Source of the DNA: Octopus bimaculoides
Taxonomy: Eukaryota
NCBI RefSeq assembly: GCF_001194135.2
Contig: NC_068982.1
Location: 72,639,426 to 72,703,425 of the forward strand
DNA: 64,000 nucleotides
Direction: 5' to 3'
The notes below the pieces were generated by a model, which did no database searches, was not told the DNA's origin, and saw nothing but the letters and a program-made list of their open reading frames with translations. Positions 37,016 to 49,070 of the stretch are shown here, in pieces. The position numbers and the translations under genes were made by a program. Every line of letters begins with the position of its first letter. Position 1 is the first letter of the stretch.

Positions 37016-37903
37016 NNNNNNNNNNNNNNNNNNNNNNNNNNNNNNNNNNNNNNNNNNNNNNNNNNNNNNNNNNNNNNNNNNNNNNNNNNNNNNNNNNNNN
37101 NNNNNNNNNNNNNNNNNNNNNNNNNNNNNNNNNNNNNNNNNNNNNNNNNNNNNNNNNNNNNNNNNNNNNNNNNNNNNNNNNNNNNNNNNNNNNNNNNNNN
37201 NNNNNNNNNNNNNNNNNNNNNNNNNNNNNNNNNNNNNNNNNNNNNNNNNNNNNNNNNNNNNNNNNNNNNNNNNNNNNNNNNNNNNNNNNNNNNNNNNNNN
37301 NNNNNNNNNNNNNNNNNNNNNNNNNNNNNNNNNNNNNNNNNNNNNNNNNNNNNNNNNNNNNNNNNNNNNNNNNNNNNNNNNNNNNNNNNNNNNNNNNNNN
37401 NNNNNNNNNNNNNNNNNNNNNNNNNNNNNNNNNNNNNNNNNNNNNNNNNNNNNNNNNNNNNNNNNNNNNNNNNNNNNNNNNNNNNNNNNNNNNNNNNNNN
37501 NNNNNNNNNNNNNNNNNNNNNNNNNNNNNNNNNNNNNNNNNNNNNNNNNNNNNNNNNNNNNNNNNNNNNNNNNNNNNNNNNNNNNNNNNNNNNNNNNNNN
37601 NNNNNNNNNNNNNNNNNNNNNNNNNNNNNNNNNNNNNNNNNNNNNNNNNNNNNNNNNNNNNNNNNNNNNNNNNNNNNNNNNNNNNNNNNNNNNNNNNNNN
37701 NNNNNNNNNNNNNNNNNNNNNNNNNNNNNNNNNNNNNNNNNNNNNNNNNNNNNNNNNNNNNNNNNNNNNNNNNNNNNNNNNNNNNNNNNNNNNNNNNNNN
37801 NNNNNNNNNNNNNNNNNNNNNNNNNNNNNNNNNNNNNNNNNNNNNNNNNNNNNNNNNNNNNNNNNNNNNNNNNNNNNNNNNNNNNNNNNNNNNNNNNNNN
37901 NNN
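37016..37903. other. Assembly gap (largest); others at 2159-68, 11646-55, 25163-72, 41996-42483, 46907-47008, 48819-49009, 50842-51166, 54584-683, 55457-540, 59526-832, 62343-63067
   Basis: N runs, mostly bordered by (TA)n, (CA)n or (GA)n microsatellites. Confidence 1.
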
Positions 37904-39011
37904 AAAAAAAAAAAAAAAAAAAAAAAAAAGGAAAATCACTACATCCTATATGCAAAATTGGGCCTCCCAGCTTTAATCCACCAAAAACTTTTTCCCTTTA
38001 ATAGGCACTGCTGAAACAGGGGTGTATTTGACGTATGCCCATATGTCTTTTGTGCTATCAAATATAATATATCAGATTGGATGAAACATTATTGACTACC
38101 AAAGAAATCATTCTCAGAATTGAGGTGCATGGAAAATAGACTTATGTGCATTGCACAAACATGGAGCAAAGCATCACTACAGGTAAGTTTGAATCCATAT
38201 CATAGAAGTCATAATTGTCATCATCATCATCATTGTTTGAAGCCCATTTTCCATGCTGACATGGATTGGATGGTTTGACAGCATCTGGTGAACTGCAGGG
38301 CTATATTAAGGTCCACTGTAATCTAACCTCATATTCACTTGCTCATTTCACTGCAATACACAGTGAAATGAAGTCTTCTGTATCATGGTATGTCACTTTA
38401 ACATAGGAAATGTTATTTTATTTATTTATTTATTATAAATCTGGATATCTGCAAATCTTTAGTTATGACGATTCGTTAAGTTAAAATAGAATCAAGAGAC
38501 TTATAGAGGTTTGCATCAGCAAAATTATCATCATTTTAGAAAAATGAACAGCAAGAGAACACTGACATTATCATCCATGGAGAGTGGAAAATCCATATCA
38601 GACAAAGTCCTCCTTCAAGGTAAAGTTGATAGGATGGAAATTAAAACAGCAGAGTTTTACATCTTGGCCTCAACTGATGGGGAACACAAAATGTAAGCTT
38701 GATATGGAGGAATCAGGAAGTCTCAGGAGAGAGAAACAGAGTGACAGAGAAAGCAGGGAAGAGAAATGAAATGAGGAGGAGAAACAAGTGAGGACTAGCA
38801 TCAGGTGAAAGGAAAAATTGTTCTGTAGTTTATAATAATATATAGTGTACAATATTGTATTAATAATGTATAGTATACAATATAGTTCAGTACTGTATAA
38901 CAATATATTGCATCACTAGTTCAGATGTCGATGATTCGATTTTCTGCTACTGTTAAAACATGGTTCAAACAACTATAGTAATTCTTTGTTAACAGCATAT
39001 GGATAAAGACA

Positions 39012-39402
39012 GGAGGCGCAATGGCCCAGTGGTTAGGGCAGCGAACTCGCGGTCATAGGATCGCAGTTTTGATTCCCAGACCGGGCGTTGTGAGTGTTTA
39101 TTGAGCGAAAACACCTAAAACTCCACGAGGCTCTGGCAGGGGGTGGTGGCGAACCCTGCTGTACTCTTCCACCACAACTTTCTCTCATTCTTACTTCCTG
39201 CTTCTGTTGTTCCTGTATTTCAAAGGGTCAGCCTTGTCACACCGTGTCACGCTGAATATCCCCGAGTACTACGTTAAGGGTACACGTGTCTGTGGAGTGC
39301 TCAGCCACTTGCACGTTAATTTCATGAGCAGGCTGTTCCATTGATCGGATCAACTGGAACCCTCAACGTCATAAGTGACAGAGTGCCAATAACAACAACA
39401 AC
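39012..39402 (+). mobile_element. Full-length tRNA-derived SINE family F3 with TSD
   Basis: GGAGGCGCAATGGCCCAGTGGTTAGG (A-box), GTTTTGATTCC (B-box), (AAC)n tail; 13-bp TSD ATGGATAAAGACA at 38999-39011 and 39403-39415. Confidence 0.9.
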
Positions 39403-40317
39403 ATGGATAAAGACAAAAACTGAGGTTTAAAAAATATTTGCCACATTTTTCCTCTTGCAGTTGGTTCTAGATTTCAATGCCTTAGATGATCCTTGTTTAT
39501 TTAATGCAAAGTGCCAAGTTTGTATGGGTGTGCTGTATCTAGGCTCCTGCTGTACATCTGTGTTAAAGAGAACACATCTAACTGCTTTATACTTGCATAT
39601 TACACTGAATTAACTCAGTACTCTTGTATAGTAACAATGTCAATTGAAGAAGAATCACTCAGCATTTCCTGCTGTCCTGCCTCTATGAAGAATTAGTCCA
39701 TTTCTTGTCTTGTTCACTAATAATAATGTTAATGTAAGGAGGAAATGTTTAACATAGTAAGTGAAACACTAAGATCTATCGAGAAAAAAACTGTTTGAGA
39801 AAAGGTGTAGGAAATTAGTTAACAATATGTTCATGTTGGCGACAATGTCAGACAATATCTATTTCTTCCTCTCTCTTCCACTGATTTGCTCCAACAGGTC
39901 TTTTATTATAGTCAAGACATTGACAACAACAGTAATGGAGTGTTAGAACAAGTAGTTGTGTAGCAGTCACACTTTGTTAGTACCAGCACAGTAAATAAAC
40001 TTAGTACCAATCACATCTAGCATCAGCAGAAATTGTTTTATTATTTTTTTTTTCTTAAATCCAAACTAATTTTAATATAAATTGTTTCCAATGGGAGGTG
40101 GGAGGCTTAAAGTAGATAATGCTACAAATAATAGAATATAACTATTAGGCTAAACAAATCCCCCCCCAAACCCAAGGATTAAAAGTCAAAGGCTGCCCAT
40201 AGGATTTTTTAGACATTAATACAGGACTATACTATCATCATCACTATTCACATAAAACACACACACACAGATACATACATATATGCATGGGAGATGGATG
40301 TCAAACGATGATGATGA

Positions 40318-40360
<43 letters not shown>

Positions 40361-40528
40361 CAGGTTTGGCTGTATGGTTAAGAAGTTGGCTTTGTAAATG
40401 TGTAGTTTTGGGTTCAGTCCTGCCACACAATACATGCCACAGGTACTTTCTATTATAGCTGCAGGTTGAAGAAAGCTATGTGAGTAGAGTCCGAAAACGG
40501 AAACTGTACAGAAGCCCATTTTGAATGT

Positions 40529-40573
<45 letters not shown>

Positions 40574-40919
40574 TCTCTCTCTCTCTCTTTGCACTGGATG
40601 CGCTCTATTGTACAGTAATATGTCCATAGTAAACCTTGTTTGTAAACTAGTCCGAGTGGTCCCTAAATCGGGATGTTTTAAATGTAGATCATTAATAATG
40701 TTAGTGAAGGCATGACCATCATCACATCTAGTTTTTCCTTTTTTAATCTTTGTGGTTGATTAAAAGAGTGCTATATATATAACTTGATTATTTGCTCTAA
40801 CTGTTTTTATTTCCATCAAGAACGTTGCAGATGTTGGTAATGTCCCATTAAATCCAATGGTGTTGTCTCTCCATGCTGTTTTTCATCATCTCTTTTTCTT
40901 CTATCGAACAGATCCAGCT

Positions 40920-41190
40920 TGCCACCATCACGACAATGACAACGACAAACACCACTGCCATCATCCTCGTCACCAAAAATATCACCATTACCATCACTAT
41001 TACCACCACTACCACCATCACAACCATCAATCATTGCCACCATCACTATCATCACCAACACCATCACAACAACCACCATCCCCCAACCATTATCAGCATC
41101 ACCACTACCACCATCCCCAACATCGCCAATATCATCATCACCATTGATACCACCATCATCATCATTACTACCACCACTACCATCACCAAA
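40920..41190. repeat. Degenerate CAC/CAT/TAC trinucleotide repeat
   Basis: Direct inspection; explains four overlapping ORFs. Confidence 0.9.
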
Positions 41191-41383
41191 CACAAAATCG
41201 TATATATGTAAAATATGGCAGCTGGAGATGGAATTAGACTAGCGGAAATATTGATGGAAGTTAATATTCTGAATGGCCATTATGCATCTAATCCTCAATT
41301 TCAAAACCTGTTCCCTATTATTGAACAATGAAGTATACTGCTTGCTTTTGTAACAGGCAACTAGGTGTGTGTGTGGTGGGGAA

Positions 41384-41425
<42 letters not shown>

Positions 41426-42483
41426 CATATATAATGGATTTGTTATTTGATGATACCTGTAATGGGATAATGGAATCGGTTAGTTAATTCTAACCATTTC
41501 TGTGACGTAACACATCATCACACTCATCATTCTTTTAATGACCACTTTCCCATGTTTGCATGGGTTGGTTGGAGTTTATTGAAGAAGATTTTCTATGCCT
41601 GGATGTCCCTCCTGTTGCCAATCCTCATCTTTTCCCAAGCAACGTAATATTTCCCCCATAGCCAAGCAGGTTCTCGCAGAATATTGGAAATGAATGACGC
41701 TTGTTTACAACAACCATGCCATGTCAAAACAAGGAGACACAAACATACACACATTCACATATATCAAATCAGGAAATTGAAAAATATTTTTGGTATTATT
41801 CATTCACCATTTATTCTCTGATCTCCTGTTTTGAGATGTAATTATTCTGCTGAAGATATTTTCCAGAATTTTCAACTCTTATACATACCTCACACAAATA
41901 TAACACATGACTTTGGAGTACTGGAAGAAGCAGATGTGCTTCAGGAAGACAGTGTGGAATTTAATCCTTTCTACATTTATATATATATATATATANNNNN
42001 NNNNNNNNNNNNNNNNNNNNNNNNNNNNNNNNNNNNNNNNNNNNNNNNNNNNNNNNNNNNNNNNNNNNNNNNNNNNNNNNNNNNNNNNNNNNNNNNNNNN
42101 NNNNNNNNNNNNNNNNNNNNNNNNNNNNNNNNNNNNNNNNNNNNNNNNNNNNNNNNNNNNNNNNNNNNNNNNNNNNNNNNNNNNNNNNNNNNNNNNNNNN
42201 NNNNNNNNNNNNNNNNNNNNNNNNNNNNNNNNNNNNNNNNNNNNNNNNNNNNNNNNNNNNNNNNNNNNNNNNNNNNNNNNNNNNNNNNNNNNNNNNNNNN
42301 NNNNNNNNNNNNNNNNNNNNNNNNNNNNNNNNNNNNNNNNNNNNNNNNNNNNNNNNNNNNNNNNNNNNNNNNNNNNNNNNNNNNNNNNNNNNNNNNNNNN
42401 NNNNNNNNNNNNNNNNNNNNNNNNNNNNNNNNNNNNNNNNNNNNNNNNNNNNNNNNNNNNNNNNNNNNNNNNNNNNNNNNNNN

Positions 42484-42548
<65 letters not shown>

Positions 42549-43554
42549 GAAAGAGAGAGAGAGCTGATTTTTTATATTGATCAGTTAATTGGATTTACAA
42601 TGGCCAATTGATATTTTCTAAATTCTTTTTTAGGTCAGAGAGGTGGAAAAAAGATGTGAAATGAGACAGCCTGAAATAAAAGAGAACAACAACCATATGC
42701 AACAACAACAGTATTGCTGTCTCTAAAGTCAACTATTTAGGGCTTAGCAAACAGCACAGGCTAACTTTGAGAAACAAAAAAAAGTAATGCTATCATGTTA
42801 TCCTTATTATGAATAATAAATCTATTTCCATAAAACATTGTCACAGGGGGGAAACTATCCAACTCAACAATGGAACATACACAAATGGAGATAGTTGAAA
42901 TGTTGCTATTGCAAGGACATAAATCAGAATCAGACCTGCTGGAACCTAAGGTATCCAACTGAAAATATGACATACAGGACTGAATTAAATTGAATGCTAA
43001 TCCTTCCAGTTTAATTTAGGGCTTCATTGCACATTCTTTAGGCAATGTTTGGTCGTGTGGAATGCAGCCAGGGGTCAAAGAATATTCTGACCAATTTTCT
43101 AGTACATCTAAGCTATGTGTAGAAGAAATACCTTGGTTATAATCAACCCAGTTAGTAAGGTGGTGGGTTTGTTTTATCAAGAGTTATTAAAGGTGAATGA
43201 AAAGAGGAAATTGATTTTGTGGTTATTTGATTATGTGTTTTGTGCTGGTCTGGATTAAGTATGGAAGAGAAAATCTATTTGGAAAGATCTGTGTGTGTGT
43301 GTGTGTGTGCGTGAGAGTGTACACATACACACATACCAGCTTTCTGCAATCAAATCCACTCACAAGGTTTTGTTCAGCCTGGGGCTATAGTAGAAGACAA
43401 TTGCCTAAGGTGCTATTCAGCAGGACTGAACCTGAAATCACCATGCAACCACATGCATACAAAACACACACACACACAAATGTAAAAAGCCGGATATTTT
43501 TGTGCTTATCTGGTTATGTATTTTCAAGACTTCATTGTTAAAAAAAAAACATGA

Positions 43555-43762
43555 TAAGCTGGCTGTATTGCTAGCACACTGGAAAAAATGCTTAGCAGCA
43601 TTTCATCCATCACTACATTCTGAGCTCAAATTCTGTCGAGATTGACTTTGCCTTTCATCCTTTTGGGCCTGATGAAATAATTATCAGTTGAACACTGAGG
43701 TCAATGTAATCAACTAATTCCCTCCCATAAAATTTCAGATCTTGTGCTTATGCTAGATAGGA
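43555..43762 (+). mobile_element. SINE family F2
   Basis: TTCTGAGCTCAAATTC..GAGATTGACTTTGCCTTTCATCCTTTT core. Confidence 0.75.
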
Positions 43763-45394
43763 TTTGGTTATGTATTTTGTGCTGGTCTGCATTAAGTGTG
43801 GAGGACAAAATCTACTTGGAAAAGTGAAATAGTTGTGTTCCGGTGTCACATAGAGTTTGTTATATTTCTAAATTTAACCGAATGTTGTGCTCATACAGTG
43901 TTTATTTATTGTTGTAATTTGGACATTATTTACTTAGTGTTATGAAAACAACATGCTATACTACTGTATACATTGGTTAGGAGATTAGATATTTGTGTGA
44001 GTAGAATAATGATATCAACTGAGTATAAAGTAGTATGGACAAGTGTTCCTACAAAAATAGTTTCCAGTGGTAAAATTTTTTTACATCCCACTATCATGTA
44101 AGTGGCATGAAAAAAAAAACACTCAGTAGTTACTGTATAGTCTAGCATAAGGAAGAGCATCCTGCTGGAGAAACCATACCAAAGCTGACATTGCAGATTG
44201 GTGCATCCCAGCTGCTTGCCGGATACAGTTAAACCCTCCATTCCATGGAAAACAGACATTAAATGATGATGATCAACCAGTTAATCTGTACTGGTGTCAT
44301 CAGGATTCTAACATCTGTAGGTCTTTTGTCAGTCAATGTGCAGTTGTGAATGATATGATGTGAAATAATGTGTAATATTACATGTGTTTTGTGTCAGCAA
44401 TTTGGAATGTTACACAAACAAAGGTCGGGGAAAGTGGTGGAATGAAGGGTTCTGATTTAAAATGACTGAATATTTCTTGGTAGCTATTTCAAGACATGTT
44501 AAGCAATCAAAGGAGGAATGTGAAGACTTCCTGTGTCAAATCTAAATATTTTGAATGGAATACTAAAAAAAGAGAATGGGTTTATTGAGTAGTATACTGA
44601 CAATTTCTTTACACAGTGAGACAGGCTGCACAGAGTTGCTCAACCAGCCAATATAGCAGCTCAACAATATGGCAAGAAGGGCATCCAGCTGTAGAAACCA
44701 TGCAAAAGCTGACATTTGAGCTTGACACAGACCAGTGACTTGTCAGATTCAGTCAAACTGTCCAATTTATGCCAGGATGGAAAACATTAATTGAAGATGA
44801 TGAAGATCTTAAAACTAACAAACATATTTTTTGATCTTTAATTTTAGGACATCATCATTTTTACATCTGCTTCTCCATGTTTGCATAGGTTATATGTGTC
44901 CTTTACAACACAAAATCTTACCATCTGTTGTATTTTTTTGACATCTCTTGTATAAAATTCAACATCCTGCAATCAACCTTAATCAACTCTGCTCATTTCA
45001 TCTTTAATCTTCCTCTTCCCCAGTTTCTATTCACTTGTACATTGAGGCACATCTTTACCTGTCTGTTTAGGACAATGTTTTGGCATTATGTCAGGCTTGA
45101 GAAGACCCATCAAGCCTAGCAAAATCACACTTGTAGCAGATACTGGTGTCATGCAAATGTCACCAGTGCTTGTGGAACATAAAAGCACCGATTACACTCT
45201 CAGAGTGGTTGGCATTAGGGAGGGCATCCAGCCATAGAAAACCATGCCGAAATTTGTTTTCATAGACTTCCGCATATATAAATATACAATAAATAGCATA
45301 CTGACAAAAGAGAGAGAGAGAGAGAAAGAAGTGCAATGCCATACATTGCATATCTTTTCAACCTACATTTTTATGTTGATTGATTTTGTTCCAA

Positions 45395-45845
45395 ACAGAG
45401 ATTGAAACCACTGTAGCATGAGGGACTACAAAGAAGGAAAAGAAGAAGGGCCTACAAATTTAAAAGATGTCAATTGACAGAAAGCTTAAAGCACCAAATA
45501 TCATAGACAAGAGGGAAAAAAAAGACATTGGTAATGAGTTCCAAAGAGCAGCTGTTCGAGGAAAGAAAGCTATTAGAATAAAAGGAAACTCAAAAAGAGA
45601 AATGATGCACTTGCAAAGAGAAATGGGTGACAAGTTTAAAGGTCTTGACAGAAGGTACTAGACCAGGAAGTTCATCATGGGCAATGACCATGGAAATACT
45701 TGTAGTAAAGACACACCAAAGATACATTTTGATGACAAATCAAAGACTTAACCTAGCTGAAAGAAGAGGGTTTACCATGTTAGCAACTTGATTCTGATTT
45801 TGATCAAGCAAGTTAAGACACACAGAGGAGGCACCAGTCGATGTT
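45395..45845 (-). pseudogene. CR1/L2-group LINE ORF2 3' remnant
   Basis: STGASSVCLNLLDQNQ ... YKYFHGHC ... ELPGLVPSVKTFKLVTHFS ... FFPRTAALWNSLP; same family as 60830-61035. Confidence 0.7.
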
Positions 45846-46865
45846 GATGATGCCATTCACTACCATTATTTAACATTCATATTCTGTGCTGGCAGGAGTG
45901 GGACAGTCTGACAGGATATGATGGGTTCAAAGACTAAGCCATGCTCTAGTTTATCTGCTTTAGTATGGCTTCTATGGTTAGGTGCTCTTCCTATCTAGTT
46001 CATAGATATTCTCTATAAGAAACACTACTTACATTATTTGGTGAGACAAAAGTACAGAAGATGGTAAACTCTCATAAACAAGATTTGAACTTGAGGTGTT
46101 GACCTCTGCATTTAACTATTTCGCTTCAGTAACAATACTAATGCTCTTGGAAAAGCATGAACATGACAAATCTCATTTCTATCTCTTGTGGAAATCAATA
46201 CAACTGATCACATTGATGACTAAAATCGATCAGAAGAGGTCAAGTGACTGATACTATTTATCGCGTTAGTGTACAAGACAAACAGTTTTATTTTTATTGC
46301 CTCTAAGTAGTTTAATCTCAAAACACGTTTCTATCACATGGTTTACTGGGAGAGATGACGATGATGATGATGGTGATGATGAAAGTGATGATAATGATGG
46401 TGGTGGTGATGGTGGTAGTGCTCCTAATGATGATGATAGCAATGAACATGATGATGAGTGATGATGAGGATACTAGAAATGACAATATCATAATCCATCA
46501 TTGCTACTTCAGCACTTTCTCAGATTCCTGCCAATTATAACACTGAAAGTAGTATACTACTCTAAAACAGAGAGGAAGAGGAGGATGAGGAGGATGAGGA
46601 GGAAGAAGAGAAGAGAGAGAGCATAGTGAAGAAGAGGAAAAACAAACTACAGAAATTCAGCACAGCTTTGTATGTGTATTAAGACATGGGGACACACATA
46701 CATACCTATTCATACTTATGTGCTGTGTATTGATTTCTATATCAGATCTTTACAGTAAATAGGTAATTAAACGAGGGGGTGGGGGAGAGAAGCAGCAGCA
46801 GGTTTTCTTCTAACAAAATAGCAGTTTGATTAGTGATCACTTCTACAAAATGAACATGTGTGTGT

Positions 46866-46906
<41 letters not shown>

Positions 46907-47431
46907 NNNNNNNNNNNNNNNNNNNNNNNNNNNNNNNNNNNNNNNNNNNNNNNNNNNNNNNNNNNNNNNNNNNNNNNNNNNNNNNNNNNNNNNNNNNNNN
47001 NNNNNNNNAAAATGTGCTAGGTTAAGTTGAAAAAAAGATCAGAAATGTGATGAGATTCTCAGAAGTAAAAAGAAAATACAAATAATAATAGTAATAAAAA
47101 AAAGCTGAACTAAACAGAATATGGATAATTTCTATAGTGGCTCCACTGATATATTTGGCTCTTGTGCTCAGTGCAAGAGGAAACATTGGAATTTTACTGG
47201 AAAAATTTTCTAAAGTATCTGAGATTATGGTTTACAAAACACCATGCAAAGATGTTAGAATTAAAAAAAAAAAATGAGAAAGAGAAAGAGGGAGACAGAG
47301 ATGAGTGGTGCAAGCATGGTTGTACGGTTGAGATGTTCAATTCTTGATTTTGTGGGCTTTGAGGTTCAGTCCCCTTGTACAGCACCTAGGATAAGTCCTT
47401 TGTACTGGAACCCCAGACCAAAGCTTCATGA

Positions 47432-47627
47432 GTGAAATAATGTGTGATATTACAATGTGTTTTGTGTCAGCAATTTTGAATGTTACACAAACAAAGGTTG
47501 GGAAAGTGGTGGAATGAAGGGTTCTGAAATAAAATGACTGAATATTTCTTGGTAGCTATTTCAAGACAGTAGCTAGGTAGAAAAGTTAAATGTTCATGTT
47601 AAGCCAATCAAAGGAGGAATGTGAAGA
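47432..47627 (+). repeat. Diverged copy of 44360-44526 inserted inside an F1 SINE
   Basis: High identity by eye apart from one 28-bp indel; flanked by SINE sequence ...TTCATGAGTGAAAT and AGATGGAAACTGAAAG. Confidence 0.85.
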
Positions 47628-48200
47628 TGGAAACTGAAAGGAGCCTGTGATTGTGTGTGTGTGTGTGTTTCTTTACTTTTGTGCTCCATGAAAGCCATTT
47701 GCTGTGAGAGCAATGAGCTGTTTGTCAATTCTCCTGTCAGCAAATCTTCAGCTCCCTTCCTGCTTTCAAAGCAAGATGAAATCCCTTACATGCAAAATAG
47801 GCCTAGGCATGGATGTGTAGTTAAGAAGCTTGCATTGCAACCACATGGCTTTGGGTTTAATCCCATTGTGAAGCACCTTGGACAAATGTCTTCTCCTACA
47901 GCCCCAGGCTGACTGATGCCTTGTGAGACAATTTGGTAGATAAAAACTGAGTCGAAGCCTATCATATATGTGCGTGTGTGTGTGTGTCTCCTCACTTCTC
48001 TTGACATTGTGTGATATCTATAAATGAATATCACTGTCATGCAATCAGTCTCATTCCTTTCCAGTACCTGTCTGGTCTTGTGGATATATTTATTACTTTG
48101 TGAGGGTTAGCAACAGGAAAAGCATCCAACTGTAGAAAATGTGCCTCAATAAACTCCGTCTAACCCATACGAAATAGAAAAGTAGACATTAAACAATTTG

Positions 48201-48646
48201 TTGCTATTATGCAAAAGCGTTCTAAGTCCAAAACGAAAAAATAGTTCCACCATTCCATAGCAAAACCGTTGTACTACACTTTGACAATTTTTGATGTCTT
48301 GGCATCTGAAGCAGCTGGAGATACAATAGTTTGACCAAAAGAACTGGCTATTGCAATATATATATATAGAGATAGATAGATAGATAGATAGATATATAAT
48401 TCGTTACTATTATGTTAAACTGTCGCATGTCCAAATTTGGCCAAATACATATTTTTCAAAATTTGTTTTGGTTTGCAATAGCCAGTCCTTTTCGTCAAGC
48501 TATCATATCTCCAGCTGCTTCAGATGCCAAGATATCAAGAATTGTCAATGTGTAGAACAACGGTTTTGCTATGGAATGGTGAAACTATTTTTTTGTTTTC
48601 AGAAAAAGGAACGTTTTGGATTTATGACAATTTTGCATAATAGCAA
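48201..48646. mobile_element. Fold-back element / long-TIR MITE (unclassified)
   Basis: Arms 48201-48356 and 48473-48646 are inverted copies (TTGCTATTATGCAAAA...CTGGCTATTGCAA); 116-bp spacer containing (TA)n(GATA)n; no TSD found. Confidence 0.8.
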
Positions 48647-49009
48647 TGATATATGTACATATACATGTATGTATATAAATATGTGTGTGTGTGTGTATAT
48701 ATATATATCTGTGTGTGTATATACATATAAATATATATATATGTATGTATGTAAATATGTGTATATACATATAAATATATATATATGTATGTATGTAAAT
48801 ATGTGTATATACATATAANNNNNNNNNNNNNNNNNNNNNNNNNNNNNNNNNNNNNNNNNNNNNNNNNNNNNNNNNNNNNNNNNNNNNNNNNNNNNNNNNN
48901 NNNNNNNNNNNNNNNNNNNNNNNNNNNNNNNNNNNNNNNNNNNNNNNNNNNNNNNNNNNNNNNNNNNNNNNNNNNNNNNNNNNNNNNNNNNNNNNNNNNN
49001 NNNNNNNNN

Positions 49010-49070
<61 letters not shown>

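Noticed and set aside
36911-38014. Long ORFs of 335-353 aa, and similar ones at 41.8, 48.6, 50.7, 59 and 62-63 kb
   Set aside because: They consist almost entirely of N-gap translated as X plus flanking simple repeats.
39012-39085. tRNA-like sequence (also 59873, 22445, 61979)
   Set aside because: A and B boxes are present but there is no complete cloverleaf or acceptor stem; each continues into a SINE body.
40816-41193. Minus-strand ORF ending DLFDRRKRDDEK...HLQRS* with a nearby AATAAA, resembling a neuropeptide precursor
   Set aside because: Most of it is trinucleotide repeat; there is no signal peptide or splice acceptor, and about 36 open unique codons is expected by chance.
42855-42950. 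Possible exon encoding EIVEMLLLQG (ankyrin-like)
   Set aside because: Weak splice sites, and the TPLH/GH ankyrin signature is missing.
44270-44305. Minus-strand CTGATGA followed by a 6-bp stem (hammerhead-like)
   Set aside because: No GAAA or stem III follows; it lies next to an RTE tail.
48730-48818. About 44-bp higher-order TA/TG repeat unit
   Set aside because: Ordinary compound microsatellite running into a gap; may be an assembly effect.
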